From IMG/VR virus record IMGVR_UViG_3300037454_000194, positions 6,212-70,211 of that record: a stretch of 64,000 nucleotides of DNA. One strand, written 5' to 3'. Origin of the DNA: a virus. Its lineage: Duplodnaviria > Caudoviricetes. The notes beneath the pieces were generated by a model. It saw only the letters and a program-made list of their open reading frames with translations. It had not been told where the DNA came from and searched no databases. Positions 26,922 to 35,926 of the stretch are shown in pieces; within the stretch, counting starts at the first letter, position 1, and every line of letters begins with the position of its first letter. Both the position numbers and the translations under genes were made by a program.

Positions 26922-27167
26922 ATGAAGAAAATGGTTTATATGATTTCGGACACATGCTGGGGAAATAGCATGCTTGTAGACGAAGGCGTATTCATGAACG
27001 AGAACGACGCAAAAGCAAGAGCGAAAGAAATTGCTGAGGCTGATGCGAAGGATCGCAATGGACACGTTGAGGAAAAGATTGACAAGTACAGCGGAGAAAC
27101 CGAGTATTGGGTATACTGGAAAACATGCAGCCACTGCTTCAGAGTAGCAAAACTGGAAGCAAGATAA
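26922..27167 (+). CDS. Hypothetical protein (cassette gene)
   Basis: Promoter 26860, RBS AAAGGAGG, terminator 27180. Confidence 0.75.
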   Translation: MKKMVYMISDTCWGNSMLVDEGVFMNENDAKARAKEIAEADAKDRNGHVEEKIDKYSGETEYWVYWKTCSHCFRVAKLEAR

Positions 27168-27179
27168 CTTTGTTGAACA

Positions 27180-27207
27180 GAGGCGTTGAACGTGCAATCA
27201 ATGCCTC
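27180..27207 (+). terminator. Cassette 3' hairpin
   Basis: GAGGCGTTGA/TCAATGCCTC. Confidence 0.65.
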
Positions 27208-27224
27208 ATAGTTCATGCTCAACA

Positions 27225-27242
27225 TTTTCAATCTCTATAATG
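27225..27242 (+). promoter_or_regulatory. Phage promoter motif
   Basis: TTTTCA ATCTC TATAAT G, then CGAG-GAAA-CTCG. Confidence 0.8.
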
Positions 27243-27280
27243 CCGAGGAAACTCGAGTATTTTATAAGGAGGAGATCATT

Positions 27281-27520
27281 ATGATCTTAGATGAAATCAG
27301 AAAGGCAATCATGGTAAAGAAGACGAGGACGCTTCAAATCATCAGTGCGGACGTTTTCGGGAATGAAATCGTCCCGACTGTTGAAAAGAAATGCTACTTT
27401 GTCCTTGACCAGACCTGGGATCTCATGAAGGTCAAGATCAAAGAAAAATACACACGGGTAGACGAATTAGACGAGGACCATTTAATCGCCTACGTCAGAA
27501 AGGAGGTAAAAAAGGATTAA
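27281..27520 (+). CDS. Hypothetical protein (cassette gene)
   Basis: Promoter 27225, RBS AAGGAGG, terminator 27527. Confidence 0.75.
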   Translation: MILDEIRKAIMVKKTRTLQIISADVFGNEIVPTVEKKCYFVLDQTWDLMKVKIKEKYTRVDELDEDHLIAYVRKEVKKD

Positions 27521-27526
27521 ACATAA

Positions 27527-27565
27527 AAACTCCAGCCTGAGATAATATCAAAGGCTATGGAGTTT
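27527..27565 (+). terminator. Cassette 3' hairpin
   Basis: AAACTCCA-GCCT/AGGC-TA-TGGAGTTT. Confidence 0.65.
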
Positions 27566-27612
27566 GTCAAGCCTTATATTCTTTACGAAACAAACTTTAA
27601 GGAGGATTTTAC

Positions 27613-27768
27613 ATGAAGTATCCTACACCCAATCAGAAGAAAGCGGTGTTCAACAATCAGAGCTATCGCAGTAATCGCAAGACACGGAATACTTTCTACG
27701 GGAGACACGATCTCTTGAAGCGTTTCCATGTCACCGACAAACACAAGTCCTGGAAGGAGGAAATCTAA
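27613..27768 (+). CDS. 51-aa basic protein (not in ORF track)
   Basis: RBS AAGGAGG; stop overlaps the next ATG. Confidence 0.65.
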   Translation: MKYPTPNQKKAVFNNQSYRSNRKTRNTFYGRHDLLKRFHVTDKHKSWKEEI

Positions 27769-28364
27769 TGGACTTCACAAGAAATGGAAGAGAAGTGAGT
27801 TATATTCACTACTCTAAAACTGACTGCGACCACTTTGACAAATCCAGAATGTATCCCATACGCAATAAGGAAAACTGGATCAAGCCTTATGGCGGTTTAT
27901 GGGCATCTCCTGTTGACGCAGAGCGGGGATGGAAAGACTGGTGCGAATGCGAAGACTTCAGAGAATGCAAGGAAGAATACTCCTTCACATTCAAACTTCG
28001 AGACCCGTCAAAAATCTACTTTGTGGATTCTAAGGAGGCCTACGACAATCTCGTAGAACATTACGGGATTAAGAACACGCGCTCCTATGGCTACACCCCG
28101 AACTACATCGACTATGAGAAAATGATATCTGACGGTTGGGATGCTTTAGAGCTCTCACTCACAGACTACTGGCAGCTTTACGACCTCTTCTACGGATGGG
28201 ACTGCGATTCTATCATTATATTCAATGCAGAGGCTATTGTCGAAGAAAAGGAGGACGATGAGGATGACGAAAGCGACCTTGCCGCCGTATTCGAAAGAGA
28301 GGCTATGGGTGAGGGGGTATTCGGAGAATGGGAGACCCTCGTATCTCATAACCAGTTCTCCTGA
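27768..28364 (+). CDS. Conserved phage protein with KPxGGLWxSP and YGWDCDS motifs (possible ADP-ribosyltransferase-like fold)
   Basis: RBS AAGGAGG; motifs read from the translation; fold assignment is speculative. Confidence 0.6.
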   Translation: MDFTRNGREVSYIHYSKTDCDHFDKSRMYPIRNKENWIKPYGGLWASPVDAERGWKDWCECEDFRECKEEYSFTFKLRDPSKIYFVDSKEAYDNLVEHYGIKNTRSYGYTPNYIDYEKMISDGWDALELSLTDYWQLYDLFYGWDCDSIIIFNAEAIVEEKEDDEDDESDLAAVFEREAMGEGVFGEWETLVSHNQFS

Positions 28365-28476
28365 TAGGTCTGTCTATTATATTTACCGGATAAAGAAAGG
28401 AGGTGAAGTTATCCGGGTTGGAAAAGGCAAGAACCCACAAAAACTTGAGATGATGTTTTTAAATGGGAGCTTGTAA
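28264..28476 (+). CDS. Small conserved phage protein overlapping the upstream gene by 101 nt
   Basis: RBS AAGGAGG 9 nt upstream; ERLWVRGY..YLITSSPDRSVYYIY..VGKGKNPQKLE. Confidence 0.6.
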   Translation: MTKATLPPYSKERLWVRGYSENGRPSYLITSSPDRSVYYIYRIKKGGEVIRVGKGKNPQKLEMMFLNGSL

Positions 28477-28497
28477 ATGGGCGATGAGGTCTCAACA

Positions 28498-28515
28498 TTT
28501 TCAACCCGTATAATG
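28498..28515 (+). promoter_or_regulatory. Phage promoter motif
   Basis: TTTTCA ACCCG TATAAT G, then GNRA hairpin. Confidence 0.8.
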
Positions 28516-28562
28516 GACCGTTTGAGAAAGCGGTACTATTATTTAGGAAAGGCGGTAGTCTT

Positions 28563-28889
28563 ATGAAAATTATGAAAAGACGACACAAGAAAAACACGAA
28601 AGGAGGTATCATCCTTGCTCTGATCTCCACAGTTGGAGTGATTGGCTGGATCCGTAGCATTATCGCTTGCAAGGAGCTCGATGAGACCACGAAGGAGAAG
28701 AATGACGTGACTGAAGAACGCGACTGTTACAGATCATTCATTCATCTCTGGAGGGATACATTGAAACGGCATGCAGAGAACGATAATGACTGGAAAGCCC
28801 AATACAAAATGCGTGGCAAAGACAGCAAGGAAATTCTCAAGGAAGTGGTCGAATACTATTACGAGGACTATGACGACGTAACTGAATAA
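28563..28889 (+). CDS. Membrane-anchored hypothetical protein (cassette gene)
   Basis: Promoter 28498, N-terminal TM, terminator 28902. Confidence 0.75.
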   Translation: MKIMKRRHKKNTKGGIILALISTVGVIGWIRSIIACKELDETTKEKNDVTEERDCYRSFIHLWRDTLKRHAENDNDWKAQYKMRGKDSKEILKEVVEYYYEDYDDVTE

Positions 28890-28901
28890 TCTAAATCTAA
28901 C

Positions 28902-28935
28902 AAAAGCTGGTGGGATTCAATTCCTATCAGCTTTT
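28902..28935 (+). terminator. Cassette 3' hairpin
   Basis: AAAAGCTGGTGGGA/TTCCTATCAGCTTTT. Confidence 0.75.
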
Positions 28936-28970
28936 ATATTCTTTAAGAAAGCAAATTAAGGAGGAATTTT

Positions 28971-29522
28971 ATGATCGAAACGGAAGTAAAGTACATCATT
29001 TGCGATAGCACTGAGCAGAATTTCTTGACTGATCCTGTAACAAAGGCGATGTCAAAGTATAGAGAAAACGCATACGAATGGGAGATGAAGAAGTCTGCAG
29101 AGGCTGTTCTCCCCAAAGTGGCTCCTGGCTGCAAGGTTATCGAGTCCTATACTTACAAGGCAGATGTGGACGACTGTCTTATGATGGATTGTCAGACTAT
29201 TGAGAACTTTCTTGATATTGTAAAAGAGTCTCAGACGCAGGTGCCAATCCTCGAAAGGCGCCTTGACGTTCTCAATAGGCAGATAACAGACATTGAACAT
29301 TTCATCCAGTTTAAAGACCTGAACGTCCCATCAGGCTACAAGATCTACAAGAAGCTCCAAGAGAAGCGTCGCGATAGAGCATTCGTCAAAGGTAAGATTC
29401 GTATCCTTAAAGATATTCGTAACTTACGGATTGACGACAAAGTGCTTGAAGACCTCGTGAAGCTCTTTAAGGAGCAGCTGACCTATAAACCAAGAGAACT
29501 TAACTTCGAGGAGATGCTTTGA
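28971..29522 (+). CDS. Conserved coiled-coil phage protein
   Basis: RBS AAGGAGG; RQITDIEHFIQFKDLNVPSGYKIYKKLQEKRRDR. Confidence 0.75.
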   Translation: MIETEVKYIICDSTEQNFLTDPVTKAMSKYRENAYEWEMKKSAEAVLPKVAPGCKVIESYTYKADVDDCLMMDCQTIENFLDIVKESQTQVPILERRLDVLNRQITDIEHFIQFKDLNVPSGYKIYKKLQEKRRDRAFVKGKIRILKDIRNLRIDDKVLEDLVKLFKEQLTYKPRELNFEEML

Positions 29523-29525
29523 TAT

Positions 29526-30131
29526 ATGGAACACAAGAACTACGTCGAATTCACAGATGATATTCTGGAATTCTTTGAAGATGAGAAACGCAAGGGAGAC
29601 AAGGTCTATCTTATATTCTTCTGTAGTGGTGACTGCTATCCACATTGTGATGTTTTGGGTAATGCAATTGACTATCACTATAATTTCTCTCAGGAAGTTA
29701 TTAGTGATATTGCAGAACACTATCCGAACTTCTATCGTGGTGGATGGGAGTTCAACAGGAGATTCAGAAAGTGGCGCAAGATGAGAGAACCTGGAGTATG
29801 GCAGTCTATCACTCACACATGCTCTATTGGGGAGATTGAGTTTACAGAGAAGGTTAAAGATATTCTCGGACTTGTTACTCGCGTTTGGTTCGATGATGAG
29901 GTCCAAGATGAGAACTTCAAAGAGTCCTTTAAGATGTTAAAGCAGAGGATATTCACAGAATGGTACTTCACCAAAGACAAAAACTCAAGTCCTATCCACC
30001 TTATCATTCCGAGATTTGGTGGAGGAGCTGATAGACTTGATGACGAGACGTTTAAGAGGATGATATTTGACGAATTTAAAGACCTCATGGATAAGAATGC
30101 AGTAAGAATAAGTGTTGTAAGGAGAGTATAA
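29526..30131 (+). CDS. Divergent macrodomain-like protein (Poa1p/TARG1/DarG-like)
   Basis: C-terminal HLIIPRFGGGADRLDDETFKRMIFDEF matches the MPRIGCGLDRL.W..V..II pattern; N-terminal FFCSGD echoes HCISxD. Confidence 0.55.
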   Translation: MEHKNYVEFTDDILEFFEDEKRKGDKVYLIFFCSGDCYPHCDVLGNAIDYHYNFSQEVISDIAEHYPNFYRGGWEFNRRFRKWRKMREPGVWQSITHTCSIGEIEFTEKVKDILGLVTRVWFDDEVQDENFKESFKMLKQRIFTEWYFTKDKNSSPIHLIIPRFGGGADRLDDETFKRMIFDEFKDLMDKNAVRISVVRRV

Positions 30132-30132
30132 A

Positions 30133-30348
30133 ATGATTGTGATAAGGCCCGGAGACCCCAAAAAGGTAGAGTCCCTCAGAAACCCTATTAACCCTCAGAG
30201 AATGAGCTGCGCTTTTTGCGATGCTATCTTTGAGATTGATACATACGACGCACGGGATTGCTACGTTGACAATACACATAAGACGCCGGTAGGGTATACG
30301 ACATGCCCTTGTTGCGGGACTACGATGTGGTTTAAACCGGAAGACTGA
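30133..30348 (+). CDS. Small zinc-ribbon protein
   Basis: CAFCDAIFE..TCPCCG. Confidence 0.75.
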   Translation: MIVIRPGDPKKVESLRNPINPQRMSCAFCDAIFEIDTYDARDCYVDNTHKTPVGYTTCPCCGTTMWFKPED

Positions 30349-30363
30349 GGGAGGTTATATTTT

Positions 30364-30567
30364 ATGGAACTGTGGCAGAAGACCCTCGCTCTTCATCTTA
30401 AGGGGCTTTCTGATTTGGAGATTGCAAGACTCATGACTGATCAGATTGATTGTCACGAGTGTCCTTTCTGGGAAGGATGTGACCCTAGTAAAATAGATCA
30501 GCCTCCTGCTTATTGTGATGATATTTGGCTTAAACGTATGCATGAGGAGGTGAAAACTGATGGATGA
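30364..30567 (+). CDS. Small Cys-rich protein
   Basis: RBS GGGAGG; DCHECPFWEGC. Confidence 0.7.
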   Translation: MELWQKTLALHLKGLSDLEIARLMTDQIDCHECPFWEGCDPSKIDQPPAYCDDIWLKRMHEEVKTDG

Positions 30568-30802
30568 GCTCTACGTCATCAATTTACTGAAAGACACCCT
30601 AGACGACAAGACTGAAGAACTCGAGAAGACGACTAAGGCAATTCATTTCATTAGAGGAAAACTTGAGGATGCTGAGACAAATTTCAATGATGCGAAATGG
30701 CTATCAAAGGATTTAACAGTCCTTGAGGGTGATAGAAGAGAACTTCGTGGCCAGTGTAGCGCTTTAAGACAGGCCATTGCGAAACTTGAAAGAGAGGAAT
30801 GA
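30560..30802 (+). CDS. Hypothetical coiled-coil protein
   Basis: RBS GAGGAGGTGA. Confidence 0.7.
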   Translation: MDELYVINLLKDTLDDKTEELEKTTKAIHFIRGKLEDAETNFNDAKWLSKDLTVLEGDRRELRGQCSALRQAIAKLEREE

Positions 30803-31272
30803 GAAAAATGTATTACAGGTATAGTAGCGAAGAGATTTTATCCGATGCGTTTCTTGAACAGTTCAGAATGGACCTTCCTGTTATCATGGGGTTTGCAGGA
30901 TTGTCTAACGACGATATGGCATTGAATCTAGGACTCACAAAGACTACGTTCATTAGAATGCGTAATACTCCTGGACATTTGAGACCCGTTTATTACCTTG
31001 CCATCTGCAAACTGATTGACGATTATATTTTGCAGAATGGTAAAGACTGCTATCTCCAGAAGGCAATCGACGTGCTTAATGGTGATATTGGTATTGTGTC
31101 TAATAGAGATGAACTCGTTGATCAGTTTGTCATCACAAGGAAACAGACGTCACGGAGACTCGGCAAGAAAGGATTTAAGGAGGCCCTTGAGAAACTTCCT
31201 ATTGTGAACTTTACTTATGTAGGAAAGGATGAGGCGGTATGGGTTACAGAATTGAAGAGCTCCTTGAAGTAA
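30799..31272 (+). CDS. Divergent XRE-like HTH protein
   Basis: GLSNDDMALNLGLTKTTFIRMRN. Confidence 0.55.
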   Translation: MRKMYYRYSSEEILSDAFLEQFRMDLPVIMGFAGLSNDDMALNLGLTKTTFIRMRNTPGHLRPVYYLAICKLIDDYILQNGKDCYLQKAIDVLNGDIGIVSNRDELVDQFVITRKQTSRRLGKKGFKEALEKLPIVNFTYVGKDEAVWVTELKSSLK

Positions 31273-31502
31273 TCTCTGACATGGACAAGATTGATTATAT
31301 TAATCGTGTATTTGGTGAGAACCCTGATACAGAGGAACTTTCTTACGGAGAAGTCAAAAAGGAACTCAAAGCCTCAATGGAATGCAGGGAGATACCTGCT
31401 GAAACTGAGACCGAGAGAAATCTCTTAACTGAGAAACTTGATATTTCAAAAGAGATGGCGCTTTTAGAGAAGTGGGCGTCAAATCAGAATAAGAAAGGAT
31501 AA
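31239..31502 (+). CDS. Hypothetical protein
   Basis: RBS GAGGCGG; 87 aa. Confidence 0.6.
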   Translation: MGYRIEELLEVISDMDKIDYINRVFGENPDTEELSYGEVKKELKASMECREIPAETETERNLLTEKLDISKEMALLEKWASNQNKKG

Positions 31503-31510
31503 GATGCGTT

Positions 31511-31717
31511 ATGAAAAATGTCGATATTGTGGTGAAGATTGGTGCTAAGGAAATTGTGGCCCTTTGTGTTGGCGTCCCTCTGATGTATAAGAAGCTCCGC
31601 GACATCAAACTGAAGTACGATGTTAAAGAGAAGGCTGGTAAGAGCGATGCAGATACCATTATATTTTCTGACGTGATCATCGACCAGAATGGAACTAAGT
31701 GGAGAAAGGAGGTGTGA
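31511..31717 (+). CDS. Small hypothetical protein with hydrophobic segment
   Basis: RBS AAAGGA. Confidence 0.65.
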   Translation: MKNVDIVVKIGAKEIVALCVGVPLMYKKLRDIKLKYDVKEKAGKSDADTIIFSDVIIDQNGTKWRKEV

Positions 31718-31915
31718 GAGGATGAAAAAAGCTAATGCCAGTCTTACGTACCATCTTAATAATCTTATTTCTATGGTATTTGCGAGGAGAAGAAACAACT
31801 TTGCTCTTTTCCTACAATTTGTGATCTTGGTGACTTCGGAGCAAAATACGATGAGTGGTATATAAACAATCGCTCTAAAGAATAATACTATAAATTAGAA
31901 GGAGGTATAAACTCA

Positions 31916-32227
31916 ATGGCTAAAGAGTATCATTTATATCTTAATCCGAGTCCTATGGTGAGAGTGTGGCATGATGACTTCTGCCTTACTTATCATGACT
32001 TTGAGGAAGCGATAGAACGCGGAGATGAGGTCATTGATACATTTCAACTCGTAACTTGCACAACTGAGCTATTTACTCTTGGCTACAGGATATTTGTGCA
32101 CGACATGAATAACGACCTCTTTGAGATAACTCTTGGGAAATGTGACAGAACCAACAGGGAAATCCGGATGGGTCATTGTCTATATAAGATGATTCTCGCT
32201 GGTGAATTTGATATTTTTGGGAGGTAA
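31916..32227 (+). CDS. Hypothetical protein
   Basis: RBS AAGGAGG; CDRTNREIRMGHCLYKMILAGEF. Confidence 0.75.
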   Translation: MAKEYHLYLNPSPMVRVWHDDFCLTYHDFEEAIERGDEVIDTFQLVTCTTELFTLGYRIFVHDMNNDLFEITLGKCDRTNREIRMGHCLYKMILAGEFDIFGR

Positions 32228-32232
32228 GAGAA

Positions 32233-32499
32233 ATGAACATTCTAAAACACGGAAGTCTTGAGAAGGCTTTCAAGTATGACAATAAGCATCTTTACATTAC
32301 GTTCGAGTGCGATAGATGTGGATGCTGTTTTAGTGCAGATCCTAGTAAAAAGGAAGTAATGACAAATCAGTACGATGGAGACAGTGCTATATGCCCTGAA
32401 TGCAATTTCCAGACATTTCATACCATCAACCTTGACGACGTTGAAGTTGGGTATGACGACTATGACAAGTATCCTGACGATGAATTTCTTAGATTTTGA
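32233..32499 (+). CDS. Small zinc-ribbon protein, paralog-like to 30133 and the 34134 N-terminus
   Basis: ILKHGS..FECDRCGCCFSA..AICPEC. Confidence 0.75.
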   Translation: MNILKHGSLEKAFKYDNKHLYITFECDRCGCCFSADPSKKEVMTNQYDGDSAICPECNFQTFHTINLDDVEVGYDDYDKYPDDEFLRF

Positions 32500-32939
32500 A
32501 AGGAATGATATTTGTGGTTGGTGACCGTAAGTACTCTGACAAAAGTGATGAGTACGTTGTAAAGGTTCATGGATACGAGCAAGATAAGACGAACGAAACA
32601 GGGAACTTTAAGTCTGTGCTGCTGTGTCCTGAATGCCTATCCGATGACGTAGAAATAACTGAGGAATGGCATGATCAGACCTATCAAGAGAAAGAGCTCT
32701 ATAAACTTAAATACGATAAGCAGTTTTGTCGTTGTAAGACTTGTCAGTGCAAGTTCGAACGGAACAGCGCTCTTTGGAAGGAATGGAAACGGTATAGATT
32801 TAAAGAGCTCCTGCAGATGACTGGGGTTCTACTGGTTCTACTTGTTATCGCTGGACTTCTGATATGGTTCTTGCTTGCAATCGAGCCAGAAGTTCAGAGC
32901 GGATTTGAGCTTTGGATGGATGCCAAGAATGGAGGTTGA
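32496..32939 (+). CDS. Zinc-ribbon protein with C-terminal TM (start uncertain)
   Basis: LCPECLSDD..CRCKTCQCKF; TM at the C-terminus; similar layout to 35913 and 50073. Confidence 0.65.
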   Translation: MKGMIFVVGDRKYSDKSDEYVVKVHGYEQDKTNETGNFKSVLLCPECLSDDVEITEEWHDQTYQEKELYKLKYDKQFCRCKTCQCKFERNSALWKEWKRYRFKELLQMTGVLLVLLVIAGLLIWFLLAIEPEVQSGFELWMDAKNGG

Positions 32940-32942
32940 ATA

Positions 32943-33437
32943 ATGGATCACAATTTGTTTATAGCTTCTGGAGACCTTTACGTAGCTGGCGACAAGATTG
33001 GAACTACGGATTATATTATTGCAGAAGACTATCTTCCGAGTCTCGCTAGTAACCATAGAGGACCGATTCATGTTGTAGACCGTCTTGATAGTGATATTCG
33101 GCTGCGTGATGCTAACATTATCGGTATGGCAACAATCGAATATGTCCCTGAAGAAGGAGATCGTAAAGCAAGACTTCGTGCTACTATCGACTTCAATGAG
33201 ACAAATAGTGATATTTATGAGAAAATCATTACGAATCCTGAAACTCGTAATATGCTTAGACTTGGATTTTTTATGACTAGAATCGACCTATCGCTTTCAA
33301 AAGATAAGATTATCCGGAATGGTAGATTTTCAGCAATAGCGTTGTCGGAAACCTGTACTGGCGGTGTCATTGATAATTTCCTCTGTACATTGAGGCCTGA
33401 TGATATTGACGTTTTGAGAGAATCTGATTTTAGATAA
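32943..33437 (+). CDS. Hypothetical protein
   Basis: RBS GGAGG. Confidence 0.65.
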   Translation: MDHNLFIASGDLYVAGDKIGTTDYIIAEDYLPSLASNHRGPIHVVDRLDSDIRLRDANIIGMATIEYVPEEGDRKARLRATIDFNETNSDIYEKIITNPETRNMLRLGFFMTRIDLSLSKDKIIRNGRFSAIALSETCTGGVIDNFLCTLRPDDIDVLRESDFR

Positions 33438-33455
33438 GGAAAGGAATGATATTTT

Positions 33456-33863
33456 ATGGAAGTAACTGCATGTCTTGAACTTACCATTAATGAGAGAAAG
33501 GCTTTTACAATGCTTTGCGATGCTCTCGACATTAAGGAACTTATACAAAGTGATAAGGATCTAGTTATCAAAGACGGTTATGTCCAAGTGCGAACACCGT
33601 CTGGAGGATATCTCGTTGTGGATAATCGTGCAGACCTCTTTGCAGCACTTAGAAACGTTGCAAACTGCATCACGCCTAATTGCGAGTTCCGTAGCGACCC
33701 TTATATTACTCACTATGATGAATGTGATGAAGTCGAGCATAATTATGATGTTTGTGATATTTGCGATCTTTTGGAACGGGTTAAGGAATTAGAGGCTCGA
33801 GCGAAGTCGCTAGAGAAACGTATGGATACTACCGAAAAAGAATATGGAGGTAACGTAACATGA
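33456..33863 (+). CDS. Hypothetical protein
   Basis: RBS AAGGA; LFAALRNVANCITPNCEFR. Confidence 0.7.
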   Translation: MEVTACLELTINERKAFTMLCDALDIKELIQSDKDLVIKDGYVQVRTPSGGYLVVDNRADLFAALRNVANCITPNCEFRSDPYITHYDECDEVEHNYDVCDICDLLERVKELEARAKSLEKRMDTTEKEYGGNVT

Positions 33864-34126
33864 CAAGAGATCACTTTAAAAAACTTCAGGACCTTCTTGC
33901 TAATATTGAGGATCTGGAAGACCAGCTTGAAGTTCTCGAGAAGGCTAAGACGAACCCTGAGTATGACATGTTTACTCTTGTAGGGAGGTTCAATGGTGAC
34001 GAACTCGGACAGTCTGATCCACTGTTATATTTTGACGAAGAGAGTCATCCTGGACTTCTTGACCTTATCATCAACTACATTAGAGAGCGCCGGGATAGAT
34101 ACCTAAAAGAATTCGAGGAAGGGTGA
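33860..34126 (+). CDS. Hypothetical protein
   Basis: RBS GGAGG. Confidence 0.7.
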   Translation: MTRDHFKKLQDLLANIEDLEDQLEVLEKAKTNPEYDMFTLVGRFNGDELGQSDPLLYFDEESHPGLLDLIINYIRERRDRYLKEFEEG

Positions 34127-34133
34127 TATTTTT

Positions 34134-34646
34134 ATGGTAATCAGAAAAAATGGTAATCAGCAGAAACTCAAGGCTCAGAGAGATGCGAAGATTCTGCGAT
34201 TTACTTGTAACATCTGTGGTTGTGTATGGGAAGCAAGTTATGATGAGAAATGCGTCATCGTAAATCCCTTTTTAAAGTCTTGGCAGTCTAGTTGTCCAGA
34301 GGAAGGTTGCAGCGGCGTAGGGCTTGTAGAAATGTGGTCCAGTGGCAAAGAAATCGCAGAAAAGCCATCAAATTACGAGATTGATATTTACCCGCTCACT
34401 ATCGTAATGGATCGTTATAGCGGTACGTATTCTGGTGGGCGATACGTTGCTTGGAATTGCCAGCCCGACATGGTTCCGCTGGATGGACAGGAAGATGATA
34501 TTACAGCTGCTGAGTTTTGGAGTGGTCAAGAGGGATATGAAACTGTTGATATTCCTGCTTATGCGGTTGGTGATACTATTGAGGATGCAATCAGAAATCT
34601 GTATCAAAAGATCAAGAATAGAAAGGATGGCAATAACGATGCTTAA
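34134..34646 (+). CDS. Zinc ribbon fused to a conserved phage domain
   Basis: FTCNICGCVWEA..CPEEGC then IVMDRYSGTYSGGRYVAWN..DDITAAEFW. Confidence 0.7.
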   Translation: MVIRKNGNQQKLKAQRDAKILRFTCNICGCVWEASYDEKCVIVNPFLKSWQSSCPEEGCSGVGLVEMWSSGKEIAEKPSNYEIDIYPLTIVMDRYSGTYSGGRYVAWNCQPDMVPLDGQEDDITAAEFWSGQEGYETVDIPAYAVGDTIEDAIRNLYQKIKNRKDGNNDA

Positions 34647-35610
34647 ATTCGAAAATGTCAAAGTTGCGGGTTTTGAGCCTGCATTCCGTGGTATGAGAAA
34701 TCCTAAGAACAGTTGGGAGAAGAGTGACTCATTTTTCAACGGAGGAGATGTTCAGCTTGGGCCTAATGATTTGAAACTTGCTCTCCAGCTTTGCAAAGGA
34801 GGTAGTGTCCATGCGAAGTTCAGAAGAATGATTGTTGTATATGTGGATATTACGGCTCCTCTTTACTGGTGGAAGGAATACGACACATATAAGGTTGGAA
34901 CCGTTGCGAATTCCTGCTCTACCATGCATAAGATTCAGGAGAAAGAGTTTACAGAAGAGGACTTTAGCATCGAGCATCTTGAAGAGTTCAAATGGACAGA
35001 TGAGATGGGAGACCATCGATTCGATATCCGACGCGATTTTGTTCAGACAATCAAAGCATTAAACTGGGCAAGAGAAAAATTTATTGAAACAAATGACAAA
35101 AGATACTGGTGGCAGATGATTCAGCTTCTTCCGTCGTCTTACAACCAGAAGCGGACGGTTATGCTCTCGTATGAGGTGCTCGCTAACATCTACCATGGCG
35201 GACGCTTAACTCATAAACTTGACGAGTGGCGTATTGACTTTATGAAGTTCATAGACACTCTTCCTTATAATGAGCTCATCAAGACAGCTCCTGCAAAGGG
35301 CGGTATTTCTTATGATGAGGTGTACGCTTGGCTGCTTAGTGCTGTCGACCTCATGACTCCAGAGCAGTATCTTCCTCTTTACAAGATGTTTAGGTCTCCT
35401 CGGTATGCAACTGTTATTGAGGCGATGCGGCCATCCGCAGAAGGGGCTCGGGATCTTACAGATGATGAGGCTGAAAGATATGATGATTGGATTAACCACC
35501 AGTCTATTTCTCTGCCAGGATCTGTTCTCACTAGGACTGAGATAGAAAGAGTTCTAAAAGGAGAGGAGGTGCCGCATGATGAGTACGAAGGAAGCGATGA
35601 ACACGTTTGA
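34639..35610 (+). CDS. Divergent ThyX-like (flavin-dependent thymidylate synthase-related) phage protein with C-terminal extension
   Basis: RGMRNPKNSWEKSDS, HAKFRRMIVVYVDITAPLYWWKEYDTYK..NSCSTMHKI, QLLPSSYNQKRT; the canonical RHR motif is absent. Confidence 0.55.
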   Translation: MLKFENVKVAGFEPAFRGMRNPKNSWEKSDSFFNGGDVQLGPNDLKLALQLCKGGSVHAKFRRMIVVYVDITAPLYWWKEYDTYKVGTVANSCSTMHKIQEKEFTEEDFSIEHLEEFKWTDEMGDHRFDIRRDFVQTIKALNWAREKFIETNDKRYWWQMIQLLPSSYNQKRTVMLSYEVLANIYHGGRLTHKLDEWRIDFMKFIDTLPYNELIKTAPAKGGISYDEVYAWLLSAVDLMTPEQYLPLYKMFRSPRYATVIEAMRPSAEGARDLTDDEAERYDDWINHQSISLPGSVLTRTEIERVLKGEEVPHDEYEGSDEHV

Positions 35611-35926
35611 CCTTGCAGATCAGCTTGATATACGCATCAAGGCTTTCGATGAGGATATAGCAAAACTTGACAATGAACAGAAAGTAATAAGAGAAGCAAT
35701 CGAAGAGGAACGAAAACGTCATGACGACACTATGAAAAACTTAGAGCGTCGCCTGAACAAAAGTATCGAATGCCGAAAGAAAATGTTCAAGCAGAAGGCA
35801 TACCTTTACGAAGCAATGTGCGTCCTTGTTCCTAGTAGAGACTGTAGAGGATGCGTGAATGTCCCTGCTAAAGAGAGGACATACGTAAGGCAGATGGAGG
35901 AGGCTCTTTGTGATGAAAGCACGTAA
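35576..35926 (+). CDS. Hypothetical coiled-coil protein
   Basis: RBS GAGGAGGTG. Confidence 0.7.
   Translation: MMSTKEAMNTFDLADQLDIRIKAFDEDIAKLDNEQKVIREAIEEERKRHDDTMKNLERRLNKSIECRKKMFKQKAYLYEAMCVLVPSRDCRGCVNVPAKERTYVRQMEEALCDEST

Noticed and set aside
31722-31880. Two short overlapping hydrophobic ORFs
   Set aside because: Cannot decide which, if either, is real; no family resemblance
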